The notes: generated from the letters alone by a model not told the origin. Positions 1-9,497 are shown, counted from the first letter of the stretch. The stretch: DNA of 36,187 nt from a virus (IMGVR_UViG_2778261630_000008:1-36187), one strand, 5' to 3'. Numbers and translations are program-made.

Positions 1-1101
1 AGGCCACGGAACAGGCACACCAACCGGTAATGCAGAGCCTTCTCCCAAACCAAGGTATGTGAGAAGACCAGCTACATCCTTTCCACTCAAATTGGTAAGC
101 GTATTGTCCAGCGGTTGTTTACCTGCCAGCGCATTAAGCATTGTCGTGGCAAAGTTCGGATCATTCCCCAGTGCCGCCGCCAGTTCGTTCAGTGTATCCA
201 GTGCAGCAGGTGCAGAACCCACCATTCCTGCAATCGCCGATTTCACAAAAGCCGTAGTGGCAATCTGTGTATTGTTGACCGACTGCGCCGCCGTGGGGGC
301 TGTTGGCGTTCCGGTGAGTGCCGGACTCGACAACGGTGCTTTTAGTGCCAGCGCATTGTTAATGGTGGTACTGAAATTCGGATCATTGTTAATGGCTGCG
401 GCTATTTCTTTCAGCGTGTCCAGCGTGGCTGGCGCACCATTAATAAGGGCCGTCAGTGCCGCCTGTACAAACGCAGTGGTCGCAACCTGCGTGGTATTAT
501 TCCCCGCCGCTGGCGTTGGCGCTTTGGGGGTTCCGGTAAATGTCGGGCTGGCTTTTGGCGCGTACTGTGAATGCGGGTCCGGTGCGGCAAGATGTTTTGC
601 CATCTGATCATCCGCGTAAACCTTCAGCTCCAGTGCCTTGTCATCCACATACTTGCGGGTTGCCAGCACTACAGCAGGGTCGATTTTCAGGGTGATATTG
701 TCCGTGCTGCTGGTAATCAGCACCATGCGCACGGTCTGAGTGCGCCCGCTACCTTCAGCCAGTTGCGGCTTATAGCTTTCCGGGCAGTTGCCCACGGCAA
801 TCAATGCCCCGGACTCATCAAACAAGCCCACTTCACGTATCCACCAACCGCCCTCGTTTTCAGGGATCACCTGTTCGGCAATAATCTGGCTGCTGTTCTG
901 CGGGTCGATATAAAGCATATTCAGCGCAGCCCGGCGTTTCTCATTTACCAGTGCCGTCTGCTTTGCGTCCGGCGTTGGCAATACTCCACCGCCATCGCCC
1001 ACCGCCATATGGGTAATTTTTAGCGGCACACCGAGCGCGGCGGCGCTGGCAAGTTTCGCCGCGCCAATATCCGTCAGCAGGGTATAAAATTTTGTGCTCA
1101 T
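1..1101 (-). CDS. H: tail fiber protein H, N-terminal part (gene continues beyond position 1)
   Basis: Minus-strand frame opens at ATG 1101..1099 (MSTKFYTLLTDIG...), overlapping the stop of gene I; no stop before position 1, so absent from the ORF track; N-terminus matches my memory of P2 gpH; the plus-strand ORFs here are shadows. Confidence 0.75.
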   Translation of the reverse strand, partial: MSTKFYTLLTDIGAAKLASAAALGVPLKITHMAVGDGGGVLPTPDAKQTALVNEKRRAALNMLYIDPQNSSQIIAEQVIPENEGGWWIREVGLFDESGALIAVGNCPESYKPQLAEGSGRTQTVRMVLITSSTDNITLKIDPAVVLATRKYVDDKALELKVYADDQMAKHLAAPDPHSQYAPKASPTFTGTPKAPTPAAGNNTTQVATTAFVQAALTALINGAPATLDTLKEIAAAINNDPNFSTTINNALALKAPLSSPALTGTPTAPTAAQSVNNTQIATTAFVKSAIAGMVGSAPAALDTLNELAAALGNDPNFATTMLNALAGKQPLDNTLTNLSGKDVAGLLTYLGLGEGSALPVGVPVPWP

Positions 1102-1703
1102 GGATTCACTCTCATTGTGTCAATAACATGGACCGCCCCGCCTTCATGCGCGGTGCCACCGGAAATAATCGTTTCGTTGATATACGGATAGATCGTGATT
1201 TCTTCGCCAAGATAGCTGGCGGCTCCCACCCAATGCGGGCCGCTGGTCTGCAGATTGATGGACATGCCGATCATGTGGCGGCTACATGGTTTGGCATCGC
1301 TTATCAGTCGCTCAAGTTCCAGATAGGTATCTTCAGTGATGCCCTGGTCCTGCACGCCGATATCCAGGCGAAACGTGCCCGGTGTTTCTCCGGTCTGCCA
1401 CCACTCAATAATGCGGATCAGGAATCCGAACGGCTCCACCACCCGCCGCACGGCACTGGTGGTCCCTTTATGCTGATGAATATAAAAAGCATCCTTCACC
1501 ACCTGGCGCTTGACGCTTTCTGTCCAGCCCTCGTCCCAGCGATCCACAGAGAACGCCCAGGCGAGATAAGGCAGGAAACTGACCGGACAGGTTGCCGGAT
1601 TCCACAAGTCACGAAGCGGCACCTGCAGATCAGAAATCCCGCTGCAGGTTTGCGCCAGTCGGCGCTCCAGTGGTGTTGAACCCGGTGGCAGCAGACTATT
1701 CAT
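1098..1703 (-). CDS. I: baseplate/tail assembly protein I
   Basis: 201-aa ORF with WNP.TCP...LPYLAWAFSVDRWDE...GTFRLDIGV motifs recalled from P2 gpI; GGAGG RBS; position between J and H. Confidence 0.85.
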   Translation of the reverse strand: MNSLLPPGSTPLERRLAQTCSGISDLQVPLRDLWNPATCPVSFLPYLAWAFSVDRWDEGWTESVKRQVVKDAFYIHQHKGTTSAVRRVVEPFGFLIRIIEWWQTGETPGTFRLDIGVQDQGITEDTYLELERLISDAKPCSRHMIGMSINLQTSGPHWVGAASYLGEEITIYPYINETIISGGTAHEGGAVHVIDTMRVNP

Positions 1704-2604
1704 CCGTTCCTCCGTTGGTTACGCTCCACTGCGTACATGATGCCGCCTGTGTTTTGTTCAGGACCACATCCGCCAGAGGAGAAGCCAGCTCCACACGCTG
1801 CACCCCCTCAACATGCAGGGCGGCAAAAATGGCGCTACGGCGAATATCCCGACCAAGACGCGTCTGACTGGCGATGTACTTCTGCAGGCTGGCTTTTGCC
1901 GCTGCCATTACCGGCTCTGCTTCCGGTCCAGGATAGAGAAAAATGGTGGCTTCCACGCGATACGGGATGATTTCTGCGCTGCGAACCGTAAGACGGTCAG
2001 CCACCGGGCGGACGTTCTCACTGTTCAGAGCTTTTTCCACCACGTCCAGCAGGTCTTTTTCTGCAGTTCCATCGCCTTCGCGGCTAAGGACAGTCAGCAC
2101 CACCTCTGCAGGTGCCGGGCTGGTTGCACTGGCATCCGCCACCCGACCGTCGGCGCTTCGGGCATGAAATTCATAAGCTGCAGTTGGCCCCGCAACAGAA
2201 AGCCCTTCAAAGGCCGCAGGCACACGCAGGCGCAACGCTTCATCGCTTTCCATCACAGCTGCAACGGGCGGCACAGCATCATTATCAGCAGGCGTCACCG
2301 TCAGGCGTGTCACGTTGTAGTTGGCAGCGAGCTGGTCAAGATCGCCGCCCATCGCGTAAGCCACCATCACCGCCTGCGCGGCTTCGTTAATGCGCTGGCG
2401 CAGAAGCAACTCACGGTAAGCGTTCTCCTGCAACAATTTAGTGGCGGGTTCAGATTCCAGTTCCAGCGTGCGGATCACTGCTTCCTGCTCATCTTTCGGA
2501 TGAAGCGCCACAAATTCTGCCTTGCGTTCGGCAAGCAGCGTCTCAAAGTCCGGCACATCCACAATCTGCGGTGCAGGCAACTGCGAAAGGTCAATCACTG
2601 CCAT
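1696..2604 (-). CDS. J: baseplate assembly protein J
   Basis: Start re-picked at ATG 2604 (MAVIDLSQLP..., AGGAG RBS 6 nt upstream), giving 302 aa as in P2 gpJ; overlaps W and I as in P2. Confidence 0.9.
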   Translation of the reverse strand: MAVIDLSQLPAPQIVDVPDFETLLAERKAEFVALHPKDEQEAVIRTLELESEPATKLLQENAYRELLLRQRINEAAQAVMVAYAMGGDLDQLAANYNVTRLTVTPADNDAVPPVAAVMESDEALRLRVPAAFEGLSVAGPTAAYEFHARSADGRVADASATSPAPAEVVLTVLSREGDGTAEKDLLDVVEKALNSENVRPVADRLTVRSAEIIPYRVEATIFLYPGPEAEPVMAAAKASLQKYIASQTRLGRDIRRSAIFAALHVEGVQRVELASPLADVVLNKTQAASCTQWSVTNGGTDE

Positions 2605-2950
2605 TCTCTGCTCCTGTTGATACGGAAAGGGACACAGGCACACCGTTATTCCGCCGCCCGGTCAGCTCCACCACCATTGAACCGTCAAAATTGCTGTTGA
2701 TGGTGATGGAATCCAGCGTCAACCGTGGCTCCCAGCGACTCAGCGCCACATACACTGCCGACATGACCTGCAGGCGTAATGCCGGATTTTGTGGCTGATC
2801 TATCAGTGCCGACAGCAGGGAACCATATTCCCGGCGGGCAATACGGCTACCCTGCGGTGTCAGCAGAATGTCCCGCACCGACTGGCGCAGATGATCAATA
2901 TCAGTAATGACTTTGCCGCTGGTATTGTTCATCCCGCTATAAAGCGTCAT
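2591..2950 (-). CDS. W: baseplate wedge protein W (gp25-like)
   Basis: 119-aa ORF, GGAGG RBS, start codon overlaps V stop; size and position as P2 gpW. Confidence 0.9.
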   Translation of the reverse strand: MTLYSGMNNTSGKVITDIDHLRQSVRDILLTPQGSRIARREYGSLLSALIDQPQNPALRLQVMSAVYVALSRWEPRLTLDSITINSNFDGSMVVELTGRRNNGVPVSLSVSTGAENGSD

Positions 2951-3525
2951 ACCGGGCCTCCGGTTGTATCGCCGCCTTTCAGGACGCCAGTATGCTGATG
3001 CGCATCAACCACGATCCCGTTAGAACTCATCGCTCCGCCGCCCTGGGTAACGCCACCATTGATCACCACTTCGCTGTTAATGCGCGTGCGGTCAGCCTCC
3101 AGTACAAACTCACTGGTTTTCATGGTGATGTTGTCAGCAGCCTCAATGACCATGGATTTGATGCCCCTGACATACCAGCGCCCGGTGGCGGGTTCGTATT
3201 CAAACCAGCCACCGTCAGGATGTTCTGTCACGCAGGCGTCCGCCGACGTCGACGGTGGTGCGAACTGATTCGAATAGACAGCGGGCAGCGCAAAGGCGGT
3301 TTCCAGATTGCCGCCCAGACTCAGCAGCACCACCTGCTCACCTTCCGATGGTCGCCACCATGTACGGGCATTCCCGGCACGCAGCGTCAGCCAGCTGATC
3401 CAGTTGGTTTCAAGCTCGCCCGTTTTCACCCGGCAAAGCCAGTTTTCCCTGTCCACTTCGGTGACTACCCCTGTGCGGATCAGGTTGGTGATAAGGCGCA
3501 TGATTTCGGTTAATTGTGCGTTCAT
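2947..3525 (-). CDS. V: baseplate spike protein V
   Basis: 192-aa ORF; N-terminus MNAQLTEIMRLITNLIRTG aligns with my memory of P2 gpV; first gene after the S/V intergenic late promoter. Confidence 0.85.
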   Translation of the reverse strand: MNAQLTEIMRLITNLIRTGVVTEVDRENWLCRVKTGELETNWISWLTLRAGNARTWWRPSEGEQVVLLSLGGNLETAFALPAVYSNQFAPPSTSADACVTEHPDGGWFEYEPATGRWYVRGIKSMVIEAADNITMKTSEFVLEADRTRINSEVVINGGVTQGGGAMSSNGIVVDAHQHTGVLKGGDTTGGPV

Positions 3526-3570
3526 AGGGAAAGGTTGCCATCAGGGGAAGAAAGGCGGCAGTGCTGCAAC

Positions 3571-3590
3571 TTGTATCAGTGCTGATACAA
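3571..3590. promoter_or_regulatory. late-promoter activator site (TGT-N12-ACA dyad, Ogr/B/Delta type) upstream of V
   Basis: Perfect 20-bp palindrome TTGTATCAGTGCTGATACAA; TGT 3572..3574, ACA 3587..3589; centre 55 bp upstream of the V start codon. Confidence 0.5.
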
Positions 3591-3593
3591 AGA

Positions 3594-4040
3594 TCACCCC
3601 GCCAGCCATTGCAGAATCATGTCGCGGGTCATTGCCTCAACATCATCATTTACACCCAGAAGGCGACGCTCTGCGTAACGCACCTCCGGTCCCTTACGAC
3701 TGACGCGATCTCGCAGGCCGTAATGGTGAACGCGGGCAATGCGCTGCACCTTGCCTTCAAACTGCACGCTGGCAGAGTCGGTGCTGGCGGCAGTTTTCAG
3801 GTATTTTGTGGTGCGCAGCTTTGCAAACATCTGACGTTTGATGCGCCCCTTCTTGCTGCGTGCTGTTACCCTGCGCGGTTCATAACTGCTGCCATCTGGA
3901 TTGCGCTGCATCCTGATATTCTGCTGCTGTGTCCGGCGCAGTTCCTGCGCCAGCTGGCGCATCATGCGGCTTCTCGTGGCTGGTTCCAGATTCGCCAGCA
4001 AGGCACTCAGCCAGTCGTCCACCTTCTGCAGTTCAGCCAC
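3594..4040 (-). CDS. S: tail completion protein S
   Basis: 148-aa ORF with GTG start overlapping the end of R; size and position as P2 gpS. Confidence 0.8.
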   Translation of the reverse strand: MAELQKVDDWLSALLANLEPATRSRMMRQLAQELRRTQQQNIRMQRNPDGSSYEPRRVTARSKKGRIKRQMFAKLRTTKYLKTAASTDSASVQFEGKVQRIARVHHYGLRDRVSRKGPEVRYAERRLLGVNDDVEAMTRDMILQWLAG

Positions 4041-4464
4041 GTTTCACCGTCCACATTTCTTCAGGTTCATCAGGTTCCGCTATAGCTTCAACACTCGACA
4101 CACTACCGTCAGTGCTGACCAGCACACGCTCCGTCAGTTGCAGGTTCAGGCTGATATCACAGACATCGTTGCGCAGAATATCCACCTCAAAGGTGAATAG
4201 TTTTTCCCGTAACGCCGGGTTATTGATGGCATCGGGCTGGTTATCCCTCAGCCACAGCAAAACCGGGGCCATCAGCAGATTCTGGTCGCCGCTGAAATCC
4301 TCAATCACCGCGTTCAGGGTGTAACGGTACTCCCACGACATGGAGCTGGCCCCCGTGGCAACCAGCGAACCGTTATCCACAAACAGATGCAGTTTGTCCG
4401 GGTTATTGCGGACATAAGGCACCGCTTTATTGAGGGCGTGGCGCAGGGATTGTGGTTTGTTCAC
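4033..4464 (-). CDS. R: tail completion protein R
   Basis: ORF-track start 4485 is TTG; GTG at 4464 has AGGAG 8 nt upstream and gives a product (VNKPQSLRHALNKAV...) that aligns with the P2 gpR N-terminus. Confidence 0.8.
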   Translation of the reverse strand: MNKPQSLRHALNKAVPYVRNNPDKLHLFVDNGSLVATGASSMSWEYRYTLNAVIEDFSGDQNLLMAPVLLWLRDNQPDAINNPALREKLFTFEVDILRNDVCDISLNLQLTERVLVSTDGSVSSVEAIAEPDEPEEMWTVKRG

Positions 4465-4717
4465 TGTTTTGCTCCTGACACGCAATAATCATGTCCACTT
4501 TGTCTGCACAGACCGCCCAGGCGGCCTCCGTTTCATCCAACAACGCGTTCAGATCACCGTTAGTGCGCGGCTCTGCCTGATCCAGCCGACACGGTGTCAC
4601 TCGCGGACAACCACTGACGATAAGCTGCACCTCCGGTGAGCGTCGGACGTTCCCGCAGCCGGATAATGTCAGCAGGCAAAGGAGTATCAGTCCAGCGGCG
4701 TAAATCCTCGTTCTCAC
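4427..4717 (-). CDS. lysC: LysC-type o-spanin (outer-membrane lipoprotein)
   Basis: 96-aa ORF with signal peptide and lipobox (LLCLLTLSGC), embedded out of frame in lysB and running into R as in P2; GTG start. Confidence 0.6.
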   Translation of the reverse strand: MRTRIYAAGLILLCLLTLSGCGNVRRSPEVQLIVSGCPRVTPCRLDQAEPRTNGDLNALLDETEAAWAVCADKVDMIIACQEQNSEQTTIPAPRPQ

Positions 4718-4988
4718 GTTTCAGTTCCTCGATCCGGTGTTGTCGTTGTCTCAGCAGCGCGCTGGTCTGTTCTGCTTCGGCATAGAGCCGCGCCTGCTCC
4801 CGGTTATTGGTTTCAGTCAGAATGGACAGGCTGATAAGCTGGCTGTTGCTCTTTGCCAGTGCCTGGCTTTTGCTCTGCAGCTCGTCTGCCTGCGTGCTAA
4901 TGGTCTGGCTGGCATCAGCCAGCCGCCACGTCTGCCAGCCCAGCGCCGCCAGTAATAACGCCAGCACAACCAGCAGCAACCGGTTCAT
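4560..4988 (-). CDS. lysB: LysB-type i-spanin
   Basis: 142 aa, N-terminal TM helix then coiled-coil-rich periplasmic region; start overlaps lysA stop. Confidence 0.75.
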   Translation of the reverse strand: MNRLLLVVLALLLAALGWQTWRLADASQTISTQADELQSKSQALAKSNSQLISLSILTETNNREQARLYAEAEQTSALLRQRQHRIEELKRENEDLRRWTDTPLPADIIRLRERPTLTGGAAYRQWLSASDTVSAGSGRAAH

Positions 4989-5362
4989 GCTGCTACCTGT
5001 TGCGCCATCTGATTACGGGTGATCCAGAAGGCAATAACGGTCAGTAGATAAAAGACCAGGGTAATAGCCCACCCCGTCCAGGCGAGACTTACAACAATCA
5101 GCAATCGCATCACCCAACTGATAAATACGTTTTCTTTTCGGGTAATTGTCTTCAGTAAAGATGCCCTTAACTCCTGCCAGAGCGGGCCATTCTTAATTAA
5201 CGCAGCCAGTGCTACCGGAATTACCGCCCATGTCAGCAAACAGGCTACCCAAACGCCGGACGCTGCCAGTACCGGAAAAATCCCCTGCGGATACACCATT
5301 GCTGCGATTAACAGCGCCATCCATAACATCAGAAACAGTCCGCTGATTAATTTCTTTTTCAT
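4985..5362 (-). CDS. lysA: LysA-like multi-TM lysis accessory protein
   Basis: Start re-picked at ATG 5362 (MKKKLISGLF..., GGGAG RBS); ~126 aa with four hydrophobic segments; position K-lysA-lysB as in P2. Confidence 0.6.
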   Translation of the reverse strand: MKKKLISGLFLMLWMALLIAAMVYPQGIFPVLAASGVWVACLLTWAVIPVALAALIKNGPLWQELRASLLKTITRKENVFISWVMRLLIVVSLAWTGWAITLVFYLLTVIAFWITRNQMAQQVAA

Positions 5363-5363
5363 T

Positions 5364-5876
5364 TCAGTTTGCTCCCTGTAAACACCAGGCCATCTCCCGC
5401 GCACGGCGGTTATCCAGCCCCTGATTAAACACACCTTTTACATAAACCCAGCGCGGCAACTGTCGGCACGCATCCGCCCAGCGCCGCTGATTGAGCAATT
5501 TCACCAGCGTGGAGCTGCAGGCATTGCCCGTCCCCACGTTGAAGGCAAACGACACCGTAGCGTCATACACCTTCTGTGGTGGCAGTTGCTTCACACACCT
5601 TTCCAGTACCCGCTCCACACGCAGCACGTTGGAGATCAGCCCTTCTGCTGCCTGTCGTTCCGTGATTGTTTTGCCGGGAATGACGCCCGATGTATTACCA
5701 ATGCCGTCGGTCCAGACACCCGCGCTGCACTGATACGGCTGCAGACGACAGCCTTCGTAATCAGCAATCAGTTTCAGCCCCTCCACGGAGGTGTGAAGCT
5801 GCTGAAAACCCGGCAGCGTGGCAGCAATAGCCAGCACGGCCCCGACAAGGCAGCGTTTAACGATTGATGGATTCAT
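5364..5876 (-). CDS. K: endolysin (lysozyme)
   Basis: 170-aa ORF, N-terminal signal-anchor then lysozyme-like domain; position after holin as P2 gpK. Confidence 0.9.
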   Translation of the reverse strand: MNPSIVKRCLVGAVLAIAATLPGFQQLHTSVEGLKLIADYEGCRLQPYQCSAGVWTDGIGNTSGVIPGKTITERQAAEGLISNVLRVERVLERCVKQLPPQKVYDATVSFAFNVGTGNACSSTLVKLLNQRRWADACRQLPRWVYVKGVFNQGLDNRRAREMAWCLQGAN

Positions 5877-6072
5877 AGTCCTCCCGCGAGATCTGCCCGT
5901 CGCGCAGAAGCTGGTAGGATTTGTGTTTGTAGTACCAGTTGATAGCCAGCATCAGTACACCAATCATCAGACCGCCCAGCGTTGAGGCATCCTTGATGGA
6001 CAAATCGCCCAGCCAGGCCAGCACGACGGCGATGCAATACGTGATAAAGGCGCTGATTCGCTCAAGCGTCAT
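5857..6072 (-). CDS. Y: holin
   Basis: 71 aa, two TM helices plus charged C-terminus, immediately upstream of endolysin. Confidence 0.7.
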   Translation of the reverse strand: MTLERISAFITYCIAVVLAWLGDLSIKDASTLGGLMIGVLMLAINWYYKHKSYQLLRDGQISREDYESINR

Positions 6073-6075
6073 AAT

Positions 6076-6279
6076 TCAGTCCCATAGCTGGACGGTCTGC
6101 ACGGTGGTGGTGGTCGGAATGTCCGGCAGCTCCACCTGCAGCCCGTGAGGTAAAAAGGGGCCGTATTCGGCAAGCCCCGGATTTGCCTTCAGTACCTGCT
6201 CCGTGACCCCCTGCGTGCGCCCGTAATGACGCCAGCAAAGCGCGTCCACCGTGTCATACTGATGCGCACGCACTTTCAT
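6076..6279 (-). CDS. X: tail protein X
   Basis: 67 aa, same length as P2 gpX with shared ...YGRT.GV.E.VL.ANPGLAE...LPHG..VELPD... pattern. Confidence 0.85.
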   Translation of the reverse strand: MKVRAHQYDTVDALCWRHYGRTQGVTEQVLKANPGLAEYGPFLPHGLQVELPDIPTTTTVQTVQLWD

Positions 6280-6743
6280 CAGATAAGCTCCACTGTGCAG
6301 TGCGGCGCATCCTGCACTCGGCTGATGGCCCAGCGGGCGTCACGCCACAAATCACCGCTGGCTTCCGCCAGTTCCTCGCCCCGCTTCACACCGGACGCCG
6401 TGGCGTCATAGTCCTGGTATCGTTCGTTGAGCATGGCGCGTGCCCAGCAGTAAACCGCGTTGAAATAGTGCTGAATGCGCTCACTTTTGCCGTCCAGCTG
6501 TTCCGCCGGAACTTCTGCCAGCGAGGCATACCCCAGCATCTGCTGGCGTCTGCGAAACTCATACAGCTCTGCGTTGACCTCCGAAATTGCCGACAGCGCA
6601 ACCTGCTTTAAACGCGGCTGCGTCACCGTGCCGTCAGTGCGCATCACGCTGCGAAACTCCGACAGGTCCACATCAGGCCAGAACGGCGTATTCCTGATGA
6701 TTTCCGCCTGTTCTGGTGCCTGTTCTGGCGCAACAAACTTCAT
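6279..6743 (-). CDS. L: head completion/stabilisation protein L
   Basis: Start re-picked at ATG 6743 (MKFVAPEQ..., AGGAGA RBS 7 nt upstream); stop overlaps X start. Confidence 0.8.
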   Translation of the reverse strand: MKFVAPEQAPEQAEIIRNTPFWPDVDLSEFRSVMRTDGTVTQPRLKQVALSAISEVNAELYEFRRRQQMLGYASLAEVPAEQLDGKSERIQHYFNAVYCWARAMLNERYQDYDATASGVKRGEELAEASGDLWRDARWAISRVQDAPHCTVELI

Positions 6744-6838
6744 GCTGCTTTCTCCTGAAATAGAGGGCGGTGGACGGGGTTTTGATGTGGCAGTGCCTTT
6801 CGCCACCCCGTGCCGCCCGTGCGCGGGGGCACGTTCTG

Positions 6839-7489
6839 TCAGCGGCTGTCATTGCGCAGTCTGCGCTCCAGCTGCTGTTTGTCTTTTTTCACGCCACAGC
6901 GAGGATCGAGCTGTAACGCATGGTTGAGATGATTAAGGGCGGAAGCCGGGTTGCTTTCACTCAGGACAGCGCCAATCGCTTTATGCAGACGCGCCCGTGA
7001 CTGGTCCGGCATATCCAGACCGTCTGTCAGCTCCAGCGTCTGCAGCAACAGATCGGCATCAAAGCCGGTGGCGGCAAGCATTGCGCTCTGCGCCGCGTCT
7101 GCCATTTCCTCTGCCAGCACGGTCTGCACGTTGCGGTTACCCAGCGGCATCACCCAGCCATGACGCAGGGCATGACGCCCGATCTCCAGCGCCCCTGCAT
7201 AATCTCCGGCATCAATGCGCCACAGCATCACGTACATCAGCACGTCATCCTGTTGAGCGCCTCCGGCAGCCAGAACGCCCTCCGCCCAGGCGGCATATTT
7301 CGGCAGCAGCTCCACCTTGATTTCCGCTTTTTTGACCGTGGACTGAACGCCCTTGAGACGGCGGCGGTCTTCCGCCAGTTGCAGCAGCATCAGGTCATAG
7401 CCCGACGCGTGGCGAACACTGCCACCCTCGCGAGCGGCCTGTTCAGCCTGAACGCGCAGGCGATGCTGCCGTGCGGGACTCAGGCTCAT
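6839..7489 (-). CDS. M: terminase endonuclease (small) subunit
   Basis: 216-aa ORF between capsid gene N and L, as in P2. Confidence 0.85.
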   Translation of the reverse strand: MSLSPARQHRLRVQAEQAAREGGSVRHASGYDLMLLQLAEDRRRLKGVQSTVKKAEIKVELLPKYAAWAEGVLAAGGAQQDDVLMYVMLWRIDAGDYAGALEIGRHALRHGWVMPLGNRNVQTVLAEEMADAAQSAMLAATGFDADLLLQTLELTDGLDMPDQSRARLHKAIGAVLSESNPASALNHLNHALQLDPRCGVKKDKQQLERRLRNDSR

Positions 7490-7492
7490 GAA

Positions 7493-8551
7493 TTACGCTC
7501 CGGTTTCTGCTGCGGCGGCGCTGAAGTCACCAATCTGGATGTTTTCCACCAGTGCAGCGCAGCGATAGTCCTCAACCACATAGGCTTCGTTAACGGATTC
7601 AAAATTTTCAATCCGGTCACGTTTCGGGTTGTCGATAACTGAACGGCGGCGGGTATCTTCCTGCCAGTAGATGGACAGGTTATCCAGACGGGTGATCAGC
7701 AGCGCATTCGGCGGGAAGAACGGCGCACGCACCGCCTGCAGGCCACCCATGCGTTTCTGACTGATGATCATATCGGCAGCCAGTTTTTCACTGTTTTCCT
7801 GCTCTTTGTTGACCAGCGGGAAATACTTGTCAGACAGCAGTTCACGACCGCAAATCACCACCAGATCGTCATCGTCCTGGTAGACCACATCGATAAGCTC
7901 ATTGACGGCATCCATCACTACGGCGTCCAGGTTGGCATATTCGCCACCTTTCCCGACTTTCACCGCGCCCGGTGTGGTTTCACCGCCCGTGGTGGTGCTG
8001 CCCATGACGTGATCCGGTGCATCCTCACGGATTTTCTGCAGCCAGCCTTTGTTCACATCCTGCAGCAGCGGGTTTTCGCTACGGTTGGAGGTTTTCGCAC
8101 GCTTCACGCCGTTAAAGCCGATCATGATGCGGTCCAGTGCCTGACGTTTCACGATGGCGTTACGGATACGCACCTGGAAATCCTGAAACTTCGCCCACAG
8201 GTCCAGCTTCGCGTAGGTCAGCACCGTGTCAAAGTTGGTCTGTTCGCATTTGTATTCCACATCGACCATCAGCGTCGGATCGACAGGTTCTCGCTCTTTC
8301 GCGGTGGTATCAGTGGTTCCGGCAATGGTGCTGCCAACACCCAGCCCCAGCAACTGACCAGACTGCTCAGTCACTGGCGTGACGTTAATCAGCGTCAGGA
8401 AAGAGGCGGACTGCTGGATCTGGTCTTCCAGCGTCTGCTGCACGGACGGCTCTACGGTGAACTTGCTGGACAGTTCTTCAACTGCCACACCGTTCAGACG
8501 CGCCAGCTGCTGCAGGTAAGCGTTAAAAGCAAAGCGGGTATTCTTCTTCAT
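7493..8551 (-). CDS. N: major capsid protein
   Basis: 352 aa; size, position and sequence character as P2 gpN. Confidence 0.95.
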   Translation of the reverse strand: MKKNTRFAFNAYLQQLARLNGVAVEELSSKFTVEPSVQQTLEDQIQQSASFLTLINVTPVTEQSGQLLGLGVGSTIAGTTDTTAKEREPVDPTLMVDVEYKCEQTNFDTVLTYAKLDLWAKFQDFQVRIRNAIVKRQALDRIMIGFNGVKRAKTSNRSENPLLQDVNKGWLQKIREDAPDHVMGSTTTGGETTPGAVKVGKGGEYANLDAVVMDAVNELIDVVYQDDDDLVVICGRELLSDKYFPLVNKEQENSEKLAADMIISQKRMGGLQAVRAPFFPPNALLITRLDNLSIYWQEDTRRRSVIDNPKRDRIENFESVNEAYVVEDYRCAALVENIQIGDFSAAAAETGA

Positions 8552-8567
8552 CGGGTTTTGTGCTCCA

Positions 8568-9401
8568 TCAGCAATTGGTCAGAGTGTCAGCGGGGGCGTT
8601 ACCGCCTGTTGCACGCTGGCGGTAGTCCTGGCGGCTGTCTTCATGACTCAGCTTATTCACCAGTTCGTTAAAGGCGGTCTGCTGTGCCTGCAGGGCAGTC
8701 TCCAGCTCAGACAGACGTTCTTCCTGCTCAGACAGGGATTTTTCGGTGCGTGCGCTCAGGTTTTGCTGCTCAGTGGCGACCAGCTCCACGGCCTTATGCA
8801 CATCAGAGAACCGGGCATCGTCGGACTGCTCTTTTTTGGTAAACAGCGCCGTGACACGGGCAAACAGGGACGGTTTGTCCTCCTGGATTTCTTCCAGTTC
8901 GATCACTGTTTCCTCTGCGGCGGTAAAGAGATTGGCGGGATTCTGCTTGCGGTTTGCCAGCGGGTTATGGGCTGCACTGGCGCTGAATGTCAGCATTTCC
9001 GTACCCAAACTGGCAGGGTCATCAGTGGCAGCCAGGCCGACCAGGTAGGCTTTGCCCGTATCAGCGAACTTCGGGCTGACTTCCATAGAGGTGAATAATT
9101 TCTGGCCTTTTTTCACCAATTCCACCAGGGACTCCGTTGGCTCAACGTCGGCATACAGCGCCATCTTGCCTGCCAGCGGGCCTTCCGTGATTTCTTCAGC
9201 AAACAGCGCCGTCACCTTGCCGTAACGGTTAAAGGTGCTGTCCGGGAGATAAGACTTGATGTGCTCAAGGTTAATCAGCGCGGTATACACCGCCGGGTTG
9301 TAGCTGGCTGCCATCTGTTCCAGCCATTCACGCTGGATTTCGCGTCCGTCGGTGGTGGCACCTTCCACCCCGATGCGAAAACGCTTTGCTTTCACTGTCA
9401 T
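8568..9401 (-). CDS. O: capsid scaffolding protein
   Basis: 277 aa with acidic coiled-coil C-terminus; first gene of the leftward O-N-M-L operon. Confidence 0.9.
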   Translation of the reverse strand: MTVKAKRFRIGVEGATTDGREIQREWLEQMAASYNPAVYTALINLEHIKSYLPDSTFNRYGKVTALFAEEITEGPLAGKMALYADVEPTESLVELVKKGQKLFTSMEVSPKFADTGKAYLVGLAATDDPASLGTEMLTFSASAAHNPLANRKQNPANLFTAAEETVIELEEIQEDKPSLFARVTALFTKKEQSDDARFSDVHKAVELVATEQQNLSARTEKSLSEQEERLSELETALQAQQTAFNELVNKLSHEDSRQDYRQRATGGNAPADTLTNC

Positions 9402-9479
9402 GAGCCGTGCTCCGTTAGAAATAACTTACTGGAGCCTTATGGTTGCGGTGATGGGGGCAGTGAAACAATGCGCGGTATT

Positions 9480-9497
9480 TGTACCGACAACCACACA
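9480..9497. promoter_or_regulatory. late-promoter activator site (TGT-N12-ACA) in the O/P divergent region
   Basis: TGT 9480..9482, 12 nt, ACA 9495..9497; centre 55 bp upstream of the P start codon. Confidence 0.5.

Noticed and set aside
59-607. 182-aa plus-strand ORF (and 115..345, 571..1023) at the left edge
   Set aside because: Shadow frames of the minus-strand tail fiber gene H; low-complexity Ala/Ser/Val-rich translation and no RBS, while the minus strand gives a recognisable gpH N-terminus
1813-2700. 295-aa plus-strand ORF (also 1092..1679 and 2992..3513)
   Set aside because: Antisense to J, I and V; Arg/His/Cys-rich nonsense typical of reverse frames of GC-rich genes
6781-6840. GC-rich hairpin between M and L as a terminator
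   Set aside because: Imperfect stem and no U-tract on the transcribed (minus) strand; M and L are co-transcribed in P2, so a terminator here is unlikely
8009-8671. 220-aa plus-strand ORF inside the capsid gene
   Set aside because: Antisense to N and O, which are strongly supported; no independent signals
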